A stretch of 64,000 nucleotides of DNA from Selaginella moellendorffii (taxonomy: Eukaryota; Plantae; Lycopodiophyta), in contig NW_003314309.1 in NCBI RefSeq assembly GCF_000143415.4, positions 124,001-188,000 of the forward strand, written 5' to 3'. Below, piece by piece: positions 21,166-33,100 of the stretch. The translations under genes were made by a program, and so were the position numbers. The notes beneath the pieces were generated by a model that worked only from the letters and a program-made list of their open reading frames with translations, was not told the DNA's origin and did no database searches. Position 1 is the stretch's first letter, and each line of letters starts with the position of its first letter.

Positions 21166-23706
21166 ATGGCCATGTCTCTCGCGGATTTGCTGCTGCCTTT
21201 GTTTCTACTCGTCTTTCTCACAAGATCCCGGTCACAGTGCCCCACAAATCCATCCGCAATCGTGAACGACACACAGGTTCTTCTCTCTCTCCGTGACAGG
21301 CTTGGCATCAAAGTGTGGAACGAGACTGCCGATCCAAGAGCATGGCGGGGAGTGGAGTGGAGCTCGGACAACCAAGTGGAGGGCCTCGCTCTGTCCAGGT
21401 TTAATCTCTCGGGAGTTTTTCCTGCCACCTGGGCCGAGCTTCCATCGCTGGCTCGCCTGGACCTCTCGCAAAACGGCCTCTCCTCGCTGGAAGTCCCTTG
21501 CAAAAATACGCAGCTCAACCTCCTCAACTTGAGCTCCAATTCCCTGCAAGAGTTCCCCGGAAATCTCTCCAACCTCAAGAGTTTGGAAAGCCTGGACCTC
21601 AGTGGGAACTTCTTAACAGTGGCCGGACTCCCAAAGTTTAGCTTGACGCTGCGATCGCTCAACCTGTCCATCAACAACTTAACTGGGAGCTTTTCCATTG
21701 GTGGTAACCTGGGACTGGAGGCACTGGAACTCTCGCAGAACGGACTCAGCGGCTCCATTCCAGAAACTTTCGGGGAGATGACGAACTTGACGCGCCTGGA
21801 CATATCGTATAACAGGTTTAGAGGAGATCTACCCGATATTTGGAGCAAGAACTTGGAGCTCAGGTACATGCGTATCTCCAACAATTCGCTCCATGGTGGT
21901 TTGCCACCGAGCTTGAGAAGGCTACGCAAGCTCTCTGTTTTACGCGCTGCATACAACTCTCTCTCCGGGCCACTGGAGCTGGAAGATGGCAACTTTGCAA
22001 GCATCGAGGTTTTGAACCTCGGGCTAAACGGGTTTAGCGGAACGATCCCGGCTACGCTGGGAAGCTTGAGGAACTTGAAGATCCTGGTTCTCACGGGGAA
22101 TCATTTTAGTGGCGCCATACCACTGGAGCTTGGAAACTGGTCGAACATCAGAGAGATATGGCTTGACAGCAATAACTTGACTGGAACAATCCCAGGCGAG
22201 CTCTCGAAGCTCTCGCATCTCCAGAGGGTGGTTCTCACGGGGAATCGTTTTAGTGGCGCCATACCGTCGGAGCTTGGAAACTGGTCGAACATCAGGGAGA
22301 TATGGCTCAACAGCAATAACTTGACTGGAACAATCCCAGGCGAGCTCTCGAAGCTCTCGCATCTCCAGAAGCTGGTTCTCACGGGGAATCGTTTTAGTGG
22401 CGCCATACCTCCAGAGCTTGGAAACTGGTCGAACATCAAAGAGATATGGCTCGATAGCAATAACTTGACTGGAACAATCCCAGGCGAGCTCTCGAAGCTC
22501 TCGCATCTCCAGCAGCTGGTTCTCACGGGGAATCGTTTTAGTGGCGCCATCCCAGGCGAGCTCTCGAAGCTCTCGCATCTCCAAAGGGTGGTTCTCACGG
22601 GGAATCGTTTTAGTGGCGCCATACCTCCGGAGCTTGGAAACTGGTCAAACATCAGGGAGATATGGCTCAACGGCAATGATTTGACTGGAACAATCCCAGG
22701 CGAGCTCTCGAAGCTCTCACATCTCCAGCAGCTAGTTCTCAGCAGTAACGACATCGGTGGGGAGCTCCCTTCCGGACTCTCCAACTGCACTGAGCTCGTC
22801 GTTCTCTGGCTGGGGCAGAACAAGTTCTCTGGAAATCTCCCTGACAGCTTCGGGAATTTGAGCCGCCTGCTCCTTCTGTCGCTTTCCAGCAACGATCTTG
22901 TCGGTTCAATCCCGGCCATATTGCAAAACATGTCGTCTCTGCAGTTCCTCTTCCTCTCAAACAACAGCTTCAGCGGCTCCATACCGGACTGGCTTCCCAG
23001 GCTCACGAACTTACGAGCCATGGACTTCTCGGTTAACAGGTTCTCTGGGGAGATGCCGGAAAGCATTGGCCGACTGTTTGCCAACGTCCAGCTTTACAAC
23101 AAGAACAAACGGTCTGTGATGATTCAAACCACGCGAGGACTCCTCTACAACGGCTTCGCCTTCCCGACCTCCATAGACTTCTCCTTCAACCAGCTGACTG
23201 GAAGCATTCCAGCTGCCATTGGCGACCTCTACAAGCTCCAGGTGCTGCACCTGAGCCACAACCAGCTAACAGGTCCCATTCCCGAGTCCCTGGGGAAGGC
23301 AAGGAATCTCTCCTGGGTGGCGCTCGCGAGCAATCGTCTCAATGGCTCCATACCATCGTCCGTGGCGGACCTCTCGTTTCTCACCATCTTCGACGTCTCC
23401 AACAACAGCCTGGTGGGACGGATACCTGACAGCCCGCAACTCTCGTCCATGGACGCGGCTCTCTTCGCTGGGAATCAGCTCTGTGGCTTGCCACTGACCA
23501 ACACCTGTTCGAGCACTGCTATGCCGCCACATAAGCTTAGAACAGAGGGACAAGGTGGTAGCGAACAGGACCAAAGAGAGGTGATAACACTTGTCAGCGT
23601 TGCCATCTTCGTGGCAGCCTTCTTCAACGCGTTCTTCTGGACCTACTTTGCGGCAAACCGCAGAGCTCATTCCCAGCTCTGTGGATGCTGGCAATCAAAT
23701 CTCTAG
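21166..23706 (+). CDS. LRR receptor-like protein (Cf-like RLP), copy 1, apparently intact, 846 aa
   Basis: Signal peptide, LRRNT, >25 plant extracellular LRRs (LxxLxLxxNxLsGxIP), island region (ANVQLYNKNK...FAFP), final LRRs, GNxLCG cap, TM helix (VITLVSVAIFVAAFFNAFFWTYF), short tail, no kinase; intronless. Confidence 0.93.
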   Translation: MAMSLADLLLPLFLLVFLTRSRSQCPTNPSAIVNDTQVLLSLRDRLGIKVWNETADPRAWRGVEWSSDNQVEGLALSRFNLSGVFPATWAELPSLARLDLSQNGLSSLEVPCKNTQLNLLNLSSNSLQEFPGNLSNLKSLESLDLSGNFLTVAGLPKFSLTLRSLNLSINNLTGSFSIGGNLGLEALELSQNGLSGSIPETFGEMTNLTRLDISYNRFRGDLPDIWSKNLELRYMRISNNSLHGGLPPSLRRLRKLSVLRAAYNSLSGPLELEDGNFASIEVLNLGLNGFSGTIPATLGSLRNLKILVLTGNHFSGAIPLELGNWSNIREIWLDSNNLTGTIPGELSKLSHLQRVVLTGNRFSGAIPSELGNWSNIREIWLNSNNLTGTIPGELSKLSHLQKLVLTGNRFSGAIPPELGNWSNIKEIWLDSNNLTGTIPGELSKLSHLQQLVLTGNRFSGAIPGELSKLSHLQRVVLTGNRFSGAIPPELGNWSNIREIWLNGNDLTGTIPGELSKLSHLQQLVLSSNDIGGELPSGLSNCTELVVLWLGQNKFSGNLPDSFGNLSRLLLLSLSSNDLVGSIPAILQNMSSLQFLFLSNNSFSGSIPDWLPRLTNLRAMDFSVNRFSGEMPESIGRLFANVQLYNKNKRSVMIQTTRGLLYNGFAFPTSIDFSFNQLTGSIPAAIGDLYKLQVLHLSHNQLTGPIPESLGKARNLSWVALASNRLNGSIPSSVADLSFLTIFDVSNNSLVGRIPDSPQLSSMDAALFAGNQLCGLPLTNTCSSTAMPPHKLRTEGQGGSEQDQREVITLVSVAIFVAAFFNAFFWTYFAANRRAHSQLCGCWQSNL
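22069..22740 (+). repeat. Near-identical 144-bp (two-LRR, A/B) tandem repeats inside RLP copy 1
   Basis: Alternating ...VLTGNRFSGAIPxELGNWSN / IREIWLxxNNLTGTIPGELSKLSHLQ units, one unit shortened by 72 bp. Confidence 0.9.
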
Positions 23707-26065
23707 CTCGTCCACCATGTTGCTGCCGTCCTTTCTACCTTCCAGTTTGTAATCCATCACGACTGCTTGATGAAGTGAACTCTTCTTATCCGCTTTCAAG
23801 GCCGCCTCCTGTATAGTCTTGAGCTTATCATGATCCTCCCACAGCCCCGCGCTCCGGTAGATGCTCGCCAGCAGAACGTACGCAGCCGAGTCATTCTCGT
23901 CGATCTTCGTCAGTGCCTCGAACGCACTTCCACTTACAGCAGGCCCCGAGGACGCTCCTCCAAACCACAGCATCCGCTCTCAAAGGCATGCTCTCGAGGA
24001 CTTTCACGGCCTCTTCCAGTCGGTTAAGAGATCCACCAAGCTGCTGTAGTGATGAATCCCGCAAAAAATGCCAGAGTCCGGGTCCATTGCCTGGAAAAAC
24101 TCCCTGCCTCGTTCAACTAGGCCGCCGTGGCTGCAAGCAATGATGACCGAGACAAACGTGATTGCGTTTGCTCGCACGCCATCTTCTCGCATCTCACGAC
24201 AGGCTTCGAACATGCGCGACGTGTCACCCTGTTGGCCGAATCCTGTGATCAGTGCATTCCAGGCGACGATATCTCGGACTGCCAGAGATCCAAACAAGTG
24301 CTCGCACTCATAACTCCGCACTTCCTGTAGAAGTTTACTCCCCACAACTTGATCGTCTTCCAGCCCACGCCTGTAAAGCTCAACCTGGATTCCTTCCAGC
24401 TAGGCCGTAAGTGCTACAAGAGTCCGAGAGGTTGGAGCACAGTCCACTCCAAGAGTTCCAGCCCGAGCTCACTCTCACCGTTGTCTATATATCCCTGTAT
24501 CGAGCTCGTCCAAACGACAACGTCCCGGCTAGGCATGCGTTTGAAAACTGCTCGAGCTTTCACCATATCTCCACACTTGGCATACATATCCACCAAGCTG
24601 CTCCCAGCGTCCAAACTTCGCGGCGAGAGAATGAATCTCCATCCCCTTTTCTAGGCTCTGGATTCGCACTAGCTTTCCATCTTCTCGCGGAACAGGTGGC
24701 TCGGACGCTGAAAGGTGGACGCAGGCCATGAGCGCAGCAACAAACGTTCTCTCGTCCGGATCGTTCTCCCGAGCCATGCCAAAGAACAGCTCCAAGGCCA
24801 GCTTGCTGTCTCCACTTACATCGGCCAGCCATGCCATCGAAGACCTTGCGAGCTTCCTCTAGCTTCTCACACTTCGCGTACATATCGATCAGAGTGTTCC
24901 CCACGAACACGTCCTCACAGCACCTGCTGTTTGAAGCTTCACCGTGGATAGCCACCCCGGTTTCCAAGCTCTTTCTCTTCACGAGTTTGCCGTCGACATC
25001 CACCGCTTCTTCTCGCATTGCCGAGCTCGCACAGGCGGCAAGCGCAGCAACACACGTCCGAGAGCTTGGACAGCACCCAGATAGCTTCATATCTTCGAAG
25101 AACACGAGAGCCAGCTCGCTTTCCCCGTTGTCCACAAAGCCTTGTATCAAGCTCGTCCAGAGCACGACATCACGATGAGGCATGCTCTCGAAAACCATCC
25201 GCGCGTCGACCATGCTCCCACACTTTGAGTACCTGTCACTTGGCTGCTCCCCACGAAGATATCTCCACAGCAGTGGCTTTTCACAGCTCCATCGTGAACA
25301 GCGAGCTCCTTCTCCAGGCTCTTCGTCTTCACCATCTTTTGGTGGCCTCCTCTTTCACTGCTAGATTCGCACAGCCCTTGGCAGCAGCAACGAAAGTCCG
25401 AGAGTTTGGCGAGCAGCCCATCTTCCGAAAGAACTCGAGAGCGACCTCGCTTTCTCCATTCTCTACGTAGCCCAGTATCAACGCGTTCCAGGAGACCACG
25501 TCTCGCTGTGGCTCTCATCGAAGACCGATCGAGCATCGGGCATGATGCCGCACTTAGCTCGAGAGGAAAACGTCTTCGCTGCAAGACGGTCCCATCTGCT
25601 TGGCTTGAGAATGGATGCCTCTGCCGGTCTCGAGACTAGCCTCCTTGACGAGCTTCCCATCGACCAAAACAGCGTCTTCCTTCGCCGCGAGGCTGCTACA
25701 AGCCTTTGCCGCGTCCTGGAGTTTGGCTTGCAGCCCGACCGCCTGGCTTGCATCCTCTCGAAGAGATCCAGAGCCACATCGCTCTCGCCATTGGAGACGT
25801 AGCCCAGCATCAAGGACATCACGTTTGGGTGAAGAATGCTGTCGAACAGTCCTCCATGCTGCCGCATTTCGCGTACATGTCCACCAGCGCATTGACAACA
25901 AGCTGCTTGTTCTCCGCCGCCTGGCCGTGGATCGCCCAGGCGCAAATTGCCCTTGCGCAAATCCCTTGTGACCTTCAACGCCGACACCTGCTGATCGGGC
26001 GCCCGCGGCGGCGCTGCCGAAGGAGCGAATGCCGGTGCGGCGCATCGAATCGCTGCCATCACCAA
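23695..26065 (-). pseudogene. PLS-class (E-type) PPR protein pseudogene, copy 1
   Basis: Fragments LVDMYAKCG..ARxVFxxMPxRDVVxWTSLI, ITFVSVIIACSHGGLVERG, E-domain AAYVLLASIY spread over several frames; multiple frameshifts. Confidence 0.9.
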
Positions 26066-26199
26066 GTCTCATCCATCGCAAGAACCCTAAAAATTTGCTA
26101 GCAACATGGAAATTCAATCAAGGCCGTCGATTCAAGAATATCTGACGGTTGGAATGAATCGGGGATGGAAATGCTCGGCCTCCGAATGCTCGATGCTGA

Positions 26200-26660
26200 G
26201 GTACTCAGGAAAAATCGCCCTGTACAACCCAGCGTAGCCTTGGGTGCGAACAATGTGCCTCAGCGCGCTCGCAATCCCAGGCTTGTAAGCCGGTGTCCAT
26301 CTCCGGTCGCCCTCCGAGTTAAGTCGATCGGAAACACCGCTGAAAACAGGAACTATGGCGATCAAGCGTAATCGCTCTTGAGACTCTTACCTGTTGAGGC
26401 AGCGATTCCTGCTACTCCACCGGAGATCAAGCTCGTCACCATCCTACTCGGGCCTGAAAGTAACCATGCAATGCCAGGAGGCCTAAGCATGTCAAAACTG
26501 TGTTTACCAATGCGATGGTGCTCTGTGCCTGTAAAGCTTTTCCAAAAATTTCTCACTCTGAAACTAAAAATAATCCAACTTTGAGCGTTCCAGTAGTTGT
26601 AGAGAGTGTCATACAAGCAGAAGTTTATTGCAATCGTTGGGCCTATGGCAGGAGTCAAGT
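26200..26660 (-). pseudogene. Mitochondrial carrier (SLC25) family gene fragment
   Basis: IGPTIAINFCLYDTL, LISGGVAGIAAST, YKPGIASALRHIVRTQGYAGLYRAI motifs in separate small exons; further-deleted copies at ~41040-41370 and ~55200-55540. Confidence 0.75.
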
Positions 26661-28682
26661 CTGTGGCATTTGGCAGGGAGGAAAACCAATACCAAAAGCG
26701 TCGGTCAGAGTTCCTTATAAAGGCTAAGAAAGCTCTCCTGTTGATGGATTGTGGAAAGCGTGTGATAGATGTGGACGCACAGCAACATCTACACGCAAGA
26801 ACACAAAAGCTGTAAAGGGAACAACTAACAACAAAGATCACAAAGCTCAAGGTGAGGAAATTCAGGAGAAGATTCCAGAACAAGATCCTGAACATGTAAC
26901 CACCTTGCAGGTTCCAAACTGACAGGTGTCAAACCAGTGTAACGTGAACATGACCCAGCAGGAGCAGTCTCCAGCATCCCCACCGCACACAGCAACACCA
27001 ACACAACTAGCTCTCAATGCCGACACCGACAACATGCTACATCACGGCAAACACCACAGTTGAGAGCATCCCGAGCAAGAGTGATGCTGCAAGCCTGAGC
27101 TTACACTGGATCTTAAGCTTGGCATTTCTCCAGTTTGTGGACAAAATGCAATGTCTCCAGTCAACACCATAGATGCCAATACCAGCAAATTTTGCAAGGC
27201 TTTTCCACGACAAGCAGATGAGCATTTTCATGTGAGACAAAGTCCAATCAACACCTTTGTCTACCAGCCCCTAGATGTGAAGTTCACGAAGATCCAGAAC
27301 CATATTTTCCAGCTCAAGAGGAGCATTCAAGGTACAATTTTCTAGGAATTTGTATGCACAAAGACTTAGCACATGAATAAAGAACTCCCCAAGGAGAATG
27401 CAGAGCTTCACAATGAGATCTGACAACTCAAGGTGAAGCAGCTATAGGGATAGGGTGCGCTACAACAGAAGAACAAGTTCAAGAATGAGCTCTCTGGAGT
27501 CATAGTAACAATAAAACAGCCCAATGCTATGGAGAAATGAGAGCTTCAAAATGAAACTCAACTCAGTTATGGGAGAAAGTGGAGCATAGAAAATCAACGT
27601 TATATTTAGAAACATCATCCTAAGTCTTGAAATTTAAATCTTAAGACTGGCAGTTGCCAGAACTTATTAAGGAGGTGAGTTAACACTCAAACTCTATCCC
27701 TTTCTTTTGTATTCCAACTTTCCATCATCAATGCACATCTATTTGTGCAAAATCTACAGTACTCAAGTGATGTTAAGTTTATCTTTGCTCATGACTTCAA
27801 CAAAAGCCTTCATAGAAATTGAAGGACTCAAGTCATTCCTTTTTTACTTTTTATATGTTTATTTGTGTTTAACTGAAGCAAAATGCAAAATCAAGTCAAA
27901 CAAGTGTAGTAGTAAGCATCCACTTTACTCTTACCTTCTTTTATCTTTCACTCTTATTTTCTTTTCCTCTTTCTTTTTTTTCTAGTACAAGCTTTTAGCA
28001 TACAGACTTTTACCCAAGTTTCTAGGAATGGCTTGTTTTAACATTTAAAGGAATGATTGCAAAACATATAAAATTTTAGCATTTAAATTGGGATGGATAT
28101 TTGTCGTTTCTTTGGTATACATATATCATAGGGTATAAAGTTCCATTGGTGCTTCACTTTATAAACTTTTATGTGGTCATTATTTGATACTACTAATGGA
28201 GTTGAGTTTACCTTCGTGATTGCTATAAAATGCCAATACTAAGTCTTGGGATCAACATTTGATGAGTATTTTTCCATTCATTCAAGTGGAGTTTATTGAG
28301 CATTTAAGCTATGTATAAGTGGGATAATAACAACACAACAACTTCCATCATCGTCCACCAATGGAGTATAAAGTGGATGATTTGGTGTTAATCCATTTTC
28401 CTAATGTTACAATATATGGTTTGTGTAAGGGGCTCTTTATTCAGTGGAAGAGACTATATTAAGTGTTTTGGTAAGTTAAACTGCATGTTTATAAAGTTTG
28501 GCAAAACATTCAATAAACTAATCCTCCAGAAATTATATATATGCAATAACTTAAATGCTTTGTATAAAGGGATCAAACACTACCTATAATCCACCAGTGC
28601 CTCCTTCTGATGTTCCTCTAGATCCTAGTCTCTCAACTTGAAAACCTTAACTACCTTTCATCCTTCTAAAAGAATAAGATAA

Positions 28683-28800
28683 TATGAGGTCTAAGTGTAT
28701 AGCTATGATATTGTATATAAATATTAGTATAATTTTCAAACCACTCACTTTTGTATATAAACTATGGTTTTTGGGCTAATTAAGATGCATATTTCTATAT
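28683..28800 (+). repeat. Degenerate copy of the short gypsy LTR found at 2830-2984
   Basis: tatgaggtctaagtgtatagctatgatattgtatat..atattag and aaactatggtttttgggctaatt match the reverse complement of 2830-2984. Confidence 0.6.
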
Positions 28801-29247
28801 ACACTAAGAGTGCTACTTAAACTATAAGTGAGGCTAGAAAATAAACCCTTTTATGGCATCTTTTTTAATATTAGATCAAGAGAGTAATAAATAACTCAAT
28901 GAAGTTATCAGTCTTTATACTTTTTCTTAGTGAAAATCTTATAACTTAATATACATATCTAATCAATATAATTCATTGGGAGTAGGTAAAAATACCATAA
29001 TATAACTAGTAAATTTTAGAAATATAATAAATTTACTTTTAAATAGGACAGAAAAAAATTAAAAAAAGAATGGATAAAAGTGAAAATACAAGTGATAGAG
29101 AAGAAACCATTGATATTTTATCCACTTGAAAAGTTCTTCACCACTTAAGAAATAATAAGCTTAAATAGAATATTAATTATATAGTATTTTAATTCCTTTT
29201 GAAAAATTAGATATCCTCAATGTTTTTAAGAGGAGAAATTTAGAAGC

Positions 29248-29430
29248 TGTAAGCTCCTGAATTTAGAATTCCCAGAAGGTCATCTAGCCTAGTACTATTC
29301 AAACCCAAGAACATTTAATACAAAATATCCCAAAACTTTTAATCGATTGGAAAAAAAGGTACACTCTTATTTATAGGCCTTTTCCTTTTATATTTGAACC
29401 CTATGAATTATCTCTCTCTTTGGTTATTAA
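29248..29430 (-). mobile_element. Second, eroded 5S-containing Cassandra-like LTR
   Basis: Colinear with 17512-17706 (tgtaagctc...ttcccagaaggtcatctagcctagtactattcaaacccaaga...tatatttgaacc); differences mostly C->T/G->A. Confidence 0.8.
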
Positions 29431-29699
29431 GAATCTACTACACTTCTTTGCAAATTCATGCCTTTGAGAATGGAAGTTGAGAGCAATAGCTCTCCAGAAA
29501 GCCCTGCTCTTTTGACACCCTACCCCTTGGGTTGAACCTAGCCGGAGCAAATTGAACCTGCCAAATATCAATTAACATATAGTGCAATTCCCTTAACCAA
29601 CCAACAATATAGACTGTTTCTTGAGTCATTTTTTTTGGTTGCATTTTAAGTTACCAAATGGTATTACTTAAAAAACAAGCAAGTATATTTCTAGGGGCA

Positions 29700-30160
29700 A
29701 TTTGTAATGCATGTGGTTTTTACCTTTTATCTTATAGTGATTTACTATAAGATAAAAATGAAGTGGAACATAAACCCTCTATGTGCCACATGTCATCCAA
29801 AGGACTTTGAGTTTCAGGGCTTTGGGCCAATAGTGCCAAACTCTTAAGTATGGACCCAAGGAGTGAAGGTATTATAGCACAGAGTGACTTGAAACAGTCC
29901 TAGAGTATTTAATATCCCAATGCTAAGACTAACATATAAAATAAAGCCAAATGGAATTTAACATTATTTCAACATACTAATGGCATAATACAAGGATATA
30001 AATACTCCACCAACTAACATCATATGAAACTTAAGCTTAAACTCAAGCCAAATACAAAACAAGGACAAACACGCAAGCAAGAGCTAAATTATACCTCAAG
30101 TTAACCAGCCATGCCCAATCTACCCACTATCCTTATTATATATATGGAACCCCTATAACA
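29700..30160 (-). mobile_element. LTR-like fragment (homolog of 16700-17225) abutting the MSH3 3' end
   Basis: Colinear similarity with 16700-17225; MSH3 homology stops at its edge. Confidence 0.65.
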
Positions 30161-30165
30161 CCGAA

Positions 30166-33100
30166 CTAGAGCTTGTAGAGGAACGTCACCTTTTGTACCA
30201 CTTCTTGCACGGAGCTTTTGTCAAGGTCTCCTTCCAGGCTCTCCACAAGATATGACATATGGTATGCTTGAACCTGGCTGGGAAAGAGCTTCACCACCTC
30301 CGTGACGTTCAAGTAGTGAGTATGAACCTCTTGGAGAAGGTGATGGAGCATCGCATACGCGATGGTGATGCCGTCGTGCGTGCTGGTTCCTCTTCCCAGC
30401 TCGTCGATGACTACCAGCGAGCGAGAAGTTGCCTTGTGGAGAATAGTTGAAGCTTCACTCAGCTCCTCGAAAAACGTACTGGAGCCCCTCTGGATTCTGT
30501 CCATCGCCCCCATTCTCGTAAACACGGCATCGAATACATGCAGTTTGGCTGTCGCGGCTGGAACATACAATCCTATCTGCACGATAACAAAACATACGGA
30601 GTGAAAAGAAATAAAGATAGTTGCGAACCTGGGACATGATTGTGATTAGAGCAACTTGACCGATGTAGCAACTTTTACCACCCATTTTTGGACCAGTGAT
30701 TATTTGCGATCGTTCACCCTCACCAGAAACAACTGTGTCATTTGGTACAAATGCATCTTGCAGAGTCGAATCTAGGACCTGCTCACGGAAAGACATTCCA
30801 GTAAAAATATTAAACGACAAGAGCAAAAGAAACAAACCGGATGTCCTATCTTCAAAAGGCACGCTTCATCCACGAACTCCGGTCGAACATACCCCTGAAG
30901 CACATTATTCATTCAGATAAGCGTTGAAAAACACAAGGAGACAGACCTGATTGCACGAGACAACAGCAAGGGAATAAAGACAGTCGAGAGCTGCTAGTGC
31001 CTGTACTGCAGCCCGGAACTCCATGTGATAGGAGGTAAAGTCAGTCAGGAACATGTCCCATGCTTTGGCGCAAGATATATTTAATTGCTCCTTTGCAAGT
31101 GCCATTCTTTCCGATGCTTCCAAGACCTCCGGAGGATGATAGCGGTTTGCCTTTTTCGTACTGTTTATTTTAACCCAATCTGCGCGCACATGGAACCTGA
31201 AACTACAAGCTTTTAGCAATCAAATAACTGAATTGAGAAAAAGAAAGTACCTCGACCAAAAACGACGTTCCCGAGACGCTCAAGTATTCCAGATTTGAAC
31301 ACTTCAACAGTTCCCGATAACTGGGAAGAAAACTTTCGAGATCCTTCTCAATACTTTTTATGGTCTCTTTGCATTCGTCTACCTGAAGCACGACTTAAAC
31401 GAAGTCTGGGAAACGATAACAAACCTCGGGAAACTGGCCGGCAACAAACAAGTTAATCTTATCCCCGGCAGCTGCTGCCTCTGCATTCAAACTTGTCACA
31501 AGCTTGTTTGCGTGATCTATCACTGAAGTTGAAGTCACTGCGGAGATTAGCCTGCTGAGGAGCGCAGACCTGGCGTCGCGAACCCGTTGAAACTGGGACG
31601 CTGCTTTCATAATCGCATTAATCACGTTAATGAACTGCAGCAAACATTACGGTCAGAAAAGAATTAACCACAGGATTACAGAAAAGGAAAGGTACCTCAT
31701 ACGTTGTTGCTGTTTTGTGATAAATTCTTGTGATACCACGCTCAAGATCAGGCAATTTTCCCAGCAGCAACAACGTTGAAGCTAAAGTTGCAACTGTTGT
31801 ACCTCTGCCTTTATCTCCAATGGATTCGGCAATTTCCGCAACGGCGTCTAAACGTTGAGAAATAAGCATGCGGTCTCTTAACGGATGGGTCACCTGAAAA
31901 TAGACATGAATGAAAAAACGAAAAATCCAAGATTGTGACTGAGACCAAACTCCTTACCCAATACTTAAGCAGCCTCGCGCCAAAAGCAGTTTTTGTGTGA
32001 TTCATAAGCCAGAATAAATATCCGTTTTCAGTACCATCAGTTTGGTTATGTAGAATCTAGAAAGAAAAAACTTGTTACTGGTAAGTAAACATCGCATTCA
32101 GTGGTTACCTCAAGCTGGCGGATGGTATTGGGCGAGAGCGTCATCTCTTGCTGCCCGGCAAATGGTCGGAAAAGAGCTCCCAAGCGCAGTACATTTTCCA
32201 GGTTAAACTGCTTCAGATAAGCAAATATATGCGCAAACGCAGCAACCACGATTTCTGGCATCGTCATCAACGCCTGCAAACTTCAATTCTCATCCGATAA
32301 TGTAATCAAGACAACTAGAAAATTACCTCTAACCCTGCATCAACCTTCTCGTCCAGACAGCCTTTCTTAGAAGACGCCAAGCTCCCGTAGAAGTCCGCAA
32401 GAGCAGCAACAGTACCGCCATTTTCAAACGAGTTCTCAGGCGTCTTCTCGACTCGAACATCCGCTGCGCCTGCATAGTCCATCAACAACTATAGAAAAAT
32501 CACCATCATTCATATACAACCCGATCAGAGAAAAGAAAACAGCTTACCTTCTTTGTAGAAGCGGACAAGGACGCAGATAAAAGAAGTTCTGCGGGAGCAC
32601 ACGCAAGCAACCGTGATTCCAGTTCCGTCCTGGTGACAGTGTCCAGAAAGTGGCCATACATCACGTCTCCGGTCGAGGTTTCCACGGCCACCACCCCAAA
32701 TCTAGCATCAAAACTTCCCCTCACTTCATCCTTTCCAGCGTTGGCCTTGTGCTCGGTGATTGCCTCCTCCACAACACACATGATATAGCTGCTAAGACGA
32801 ATAGGTCCATCCCTTTCCCCGCTCTCTTCTCCCCCAAGAAACTCGCCCGCCTCGAGCGTGGCCTTGGTATATAGCGCCGAGAGATCTCTCGAGAACGGGC
32901 CAGCCTTGTTCGTCCCGTGAGCTTTGATAGCCGCTGTCTCGGTCTGCTTGACAACGCCAACTTTGTAGCCAGCTTCCACAAGCCTTCTCACATGTACGTG
33001 CAGCCGGAACGTTGGAACGCTGGCAGTGAGAAAGTTGTGGCTGTAGTAAGCAACGATTCCCAAAACATTGGCTGCTTTCTCCGCATCCTCTCCGAAAAAT

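Noticed and set aside
22069-22740. Regular repeats resembling a CRISPR array
   Set aside because: In-frame coding LRR repeats without unique spacers; eukaryotic context, no cas genes.
21132-23084. Long antisense ORFs opposite the LRR genes (320, 327 aa; also 412 aa at 37880 and 574 aa at 50379)
   Set aside because: Typical shadow frames of GC-rich repetitive LRR coding sequence; no independent protein signature.
26760-27600. Possible additional gene next to the mitochondrial-carrier fragment (also 41450-42270, 55620-56430)
   Set aside because: Coding-like composition but no recognisable motif in any frame; left unassigned.
27707-27985. Hydrophobic 92-aa ORF (also 56619-56837)
   Set aside because: T-rich eroded repeat DNA, TTG start, and the frame is disrupted in the 42-kb copy.
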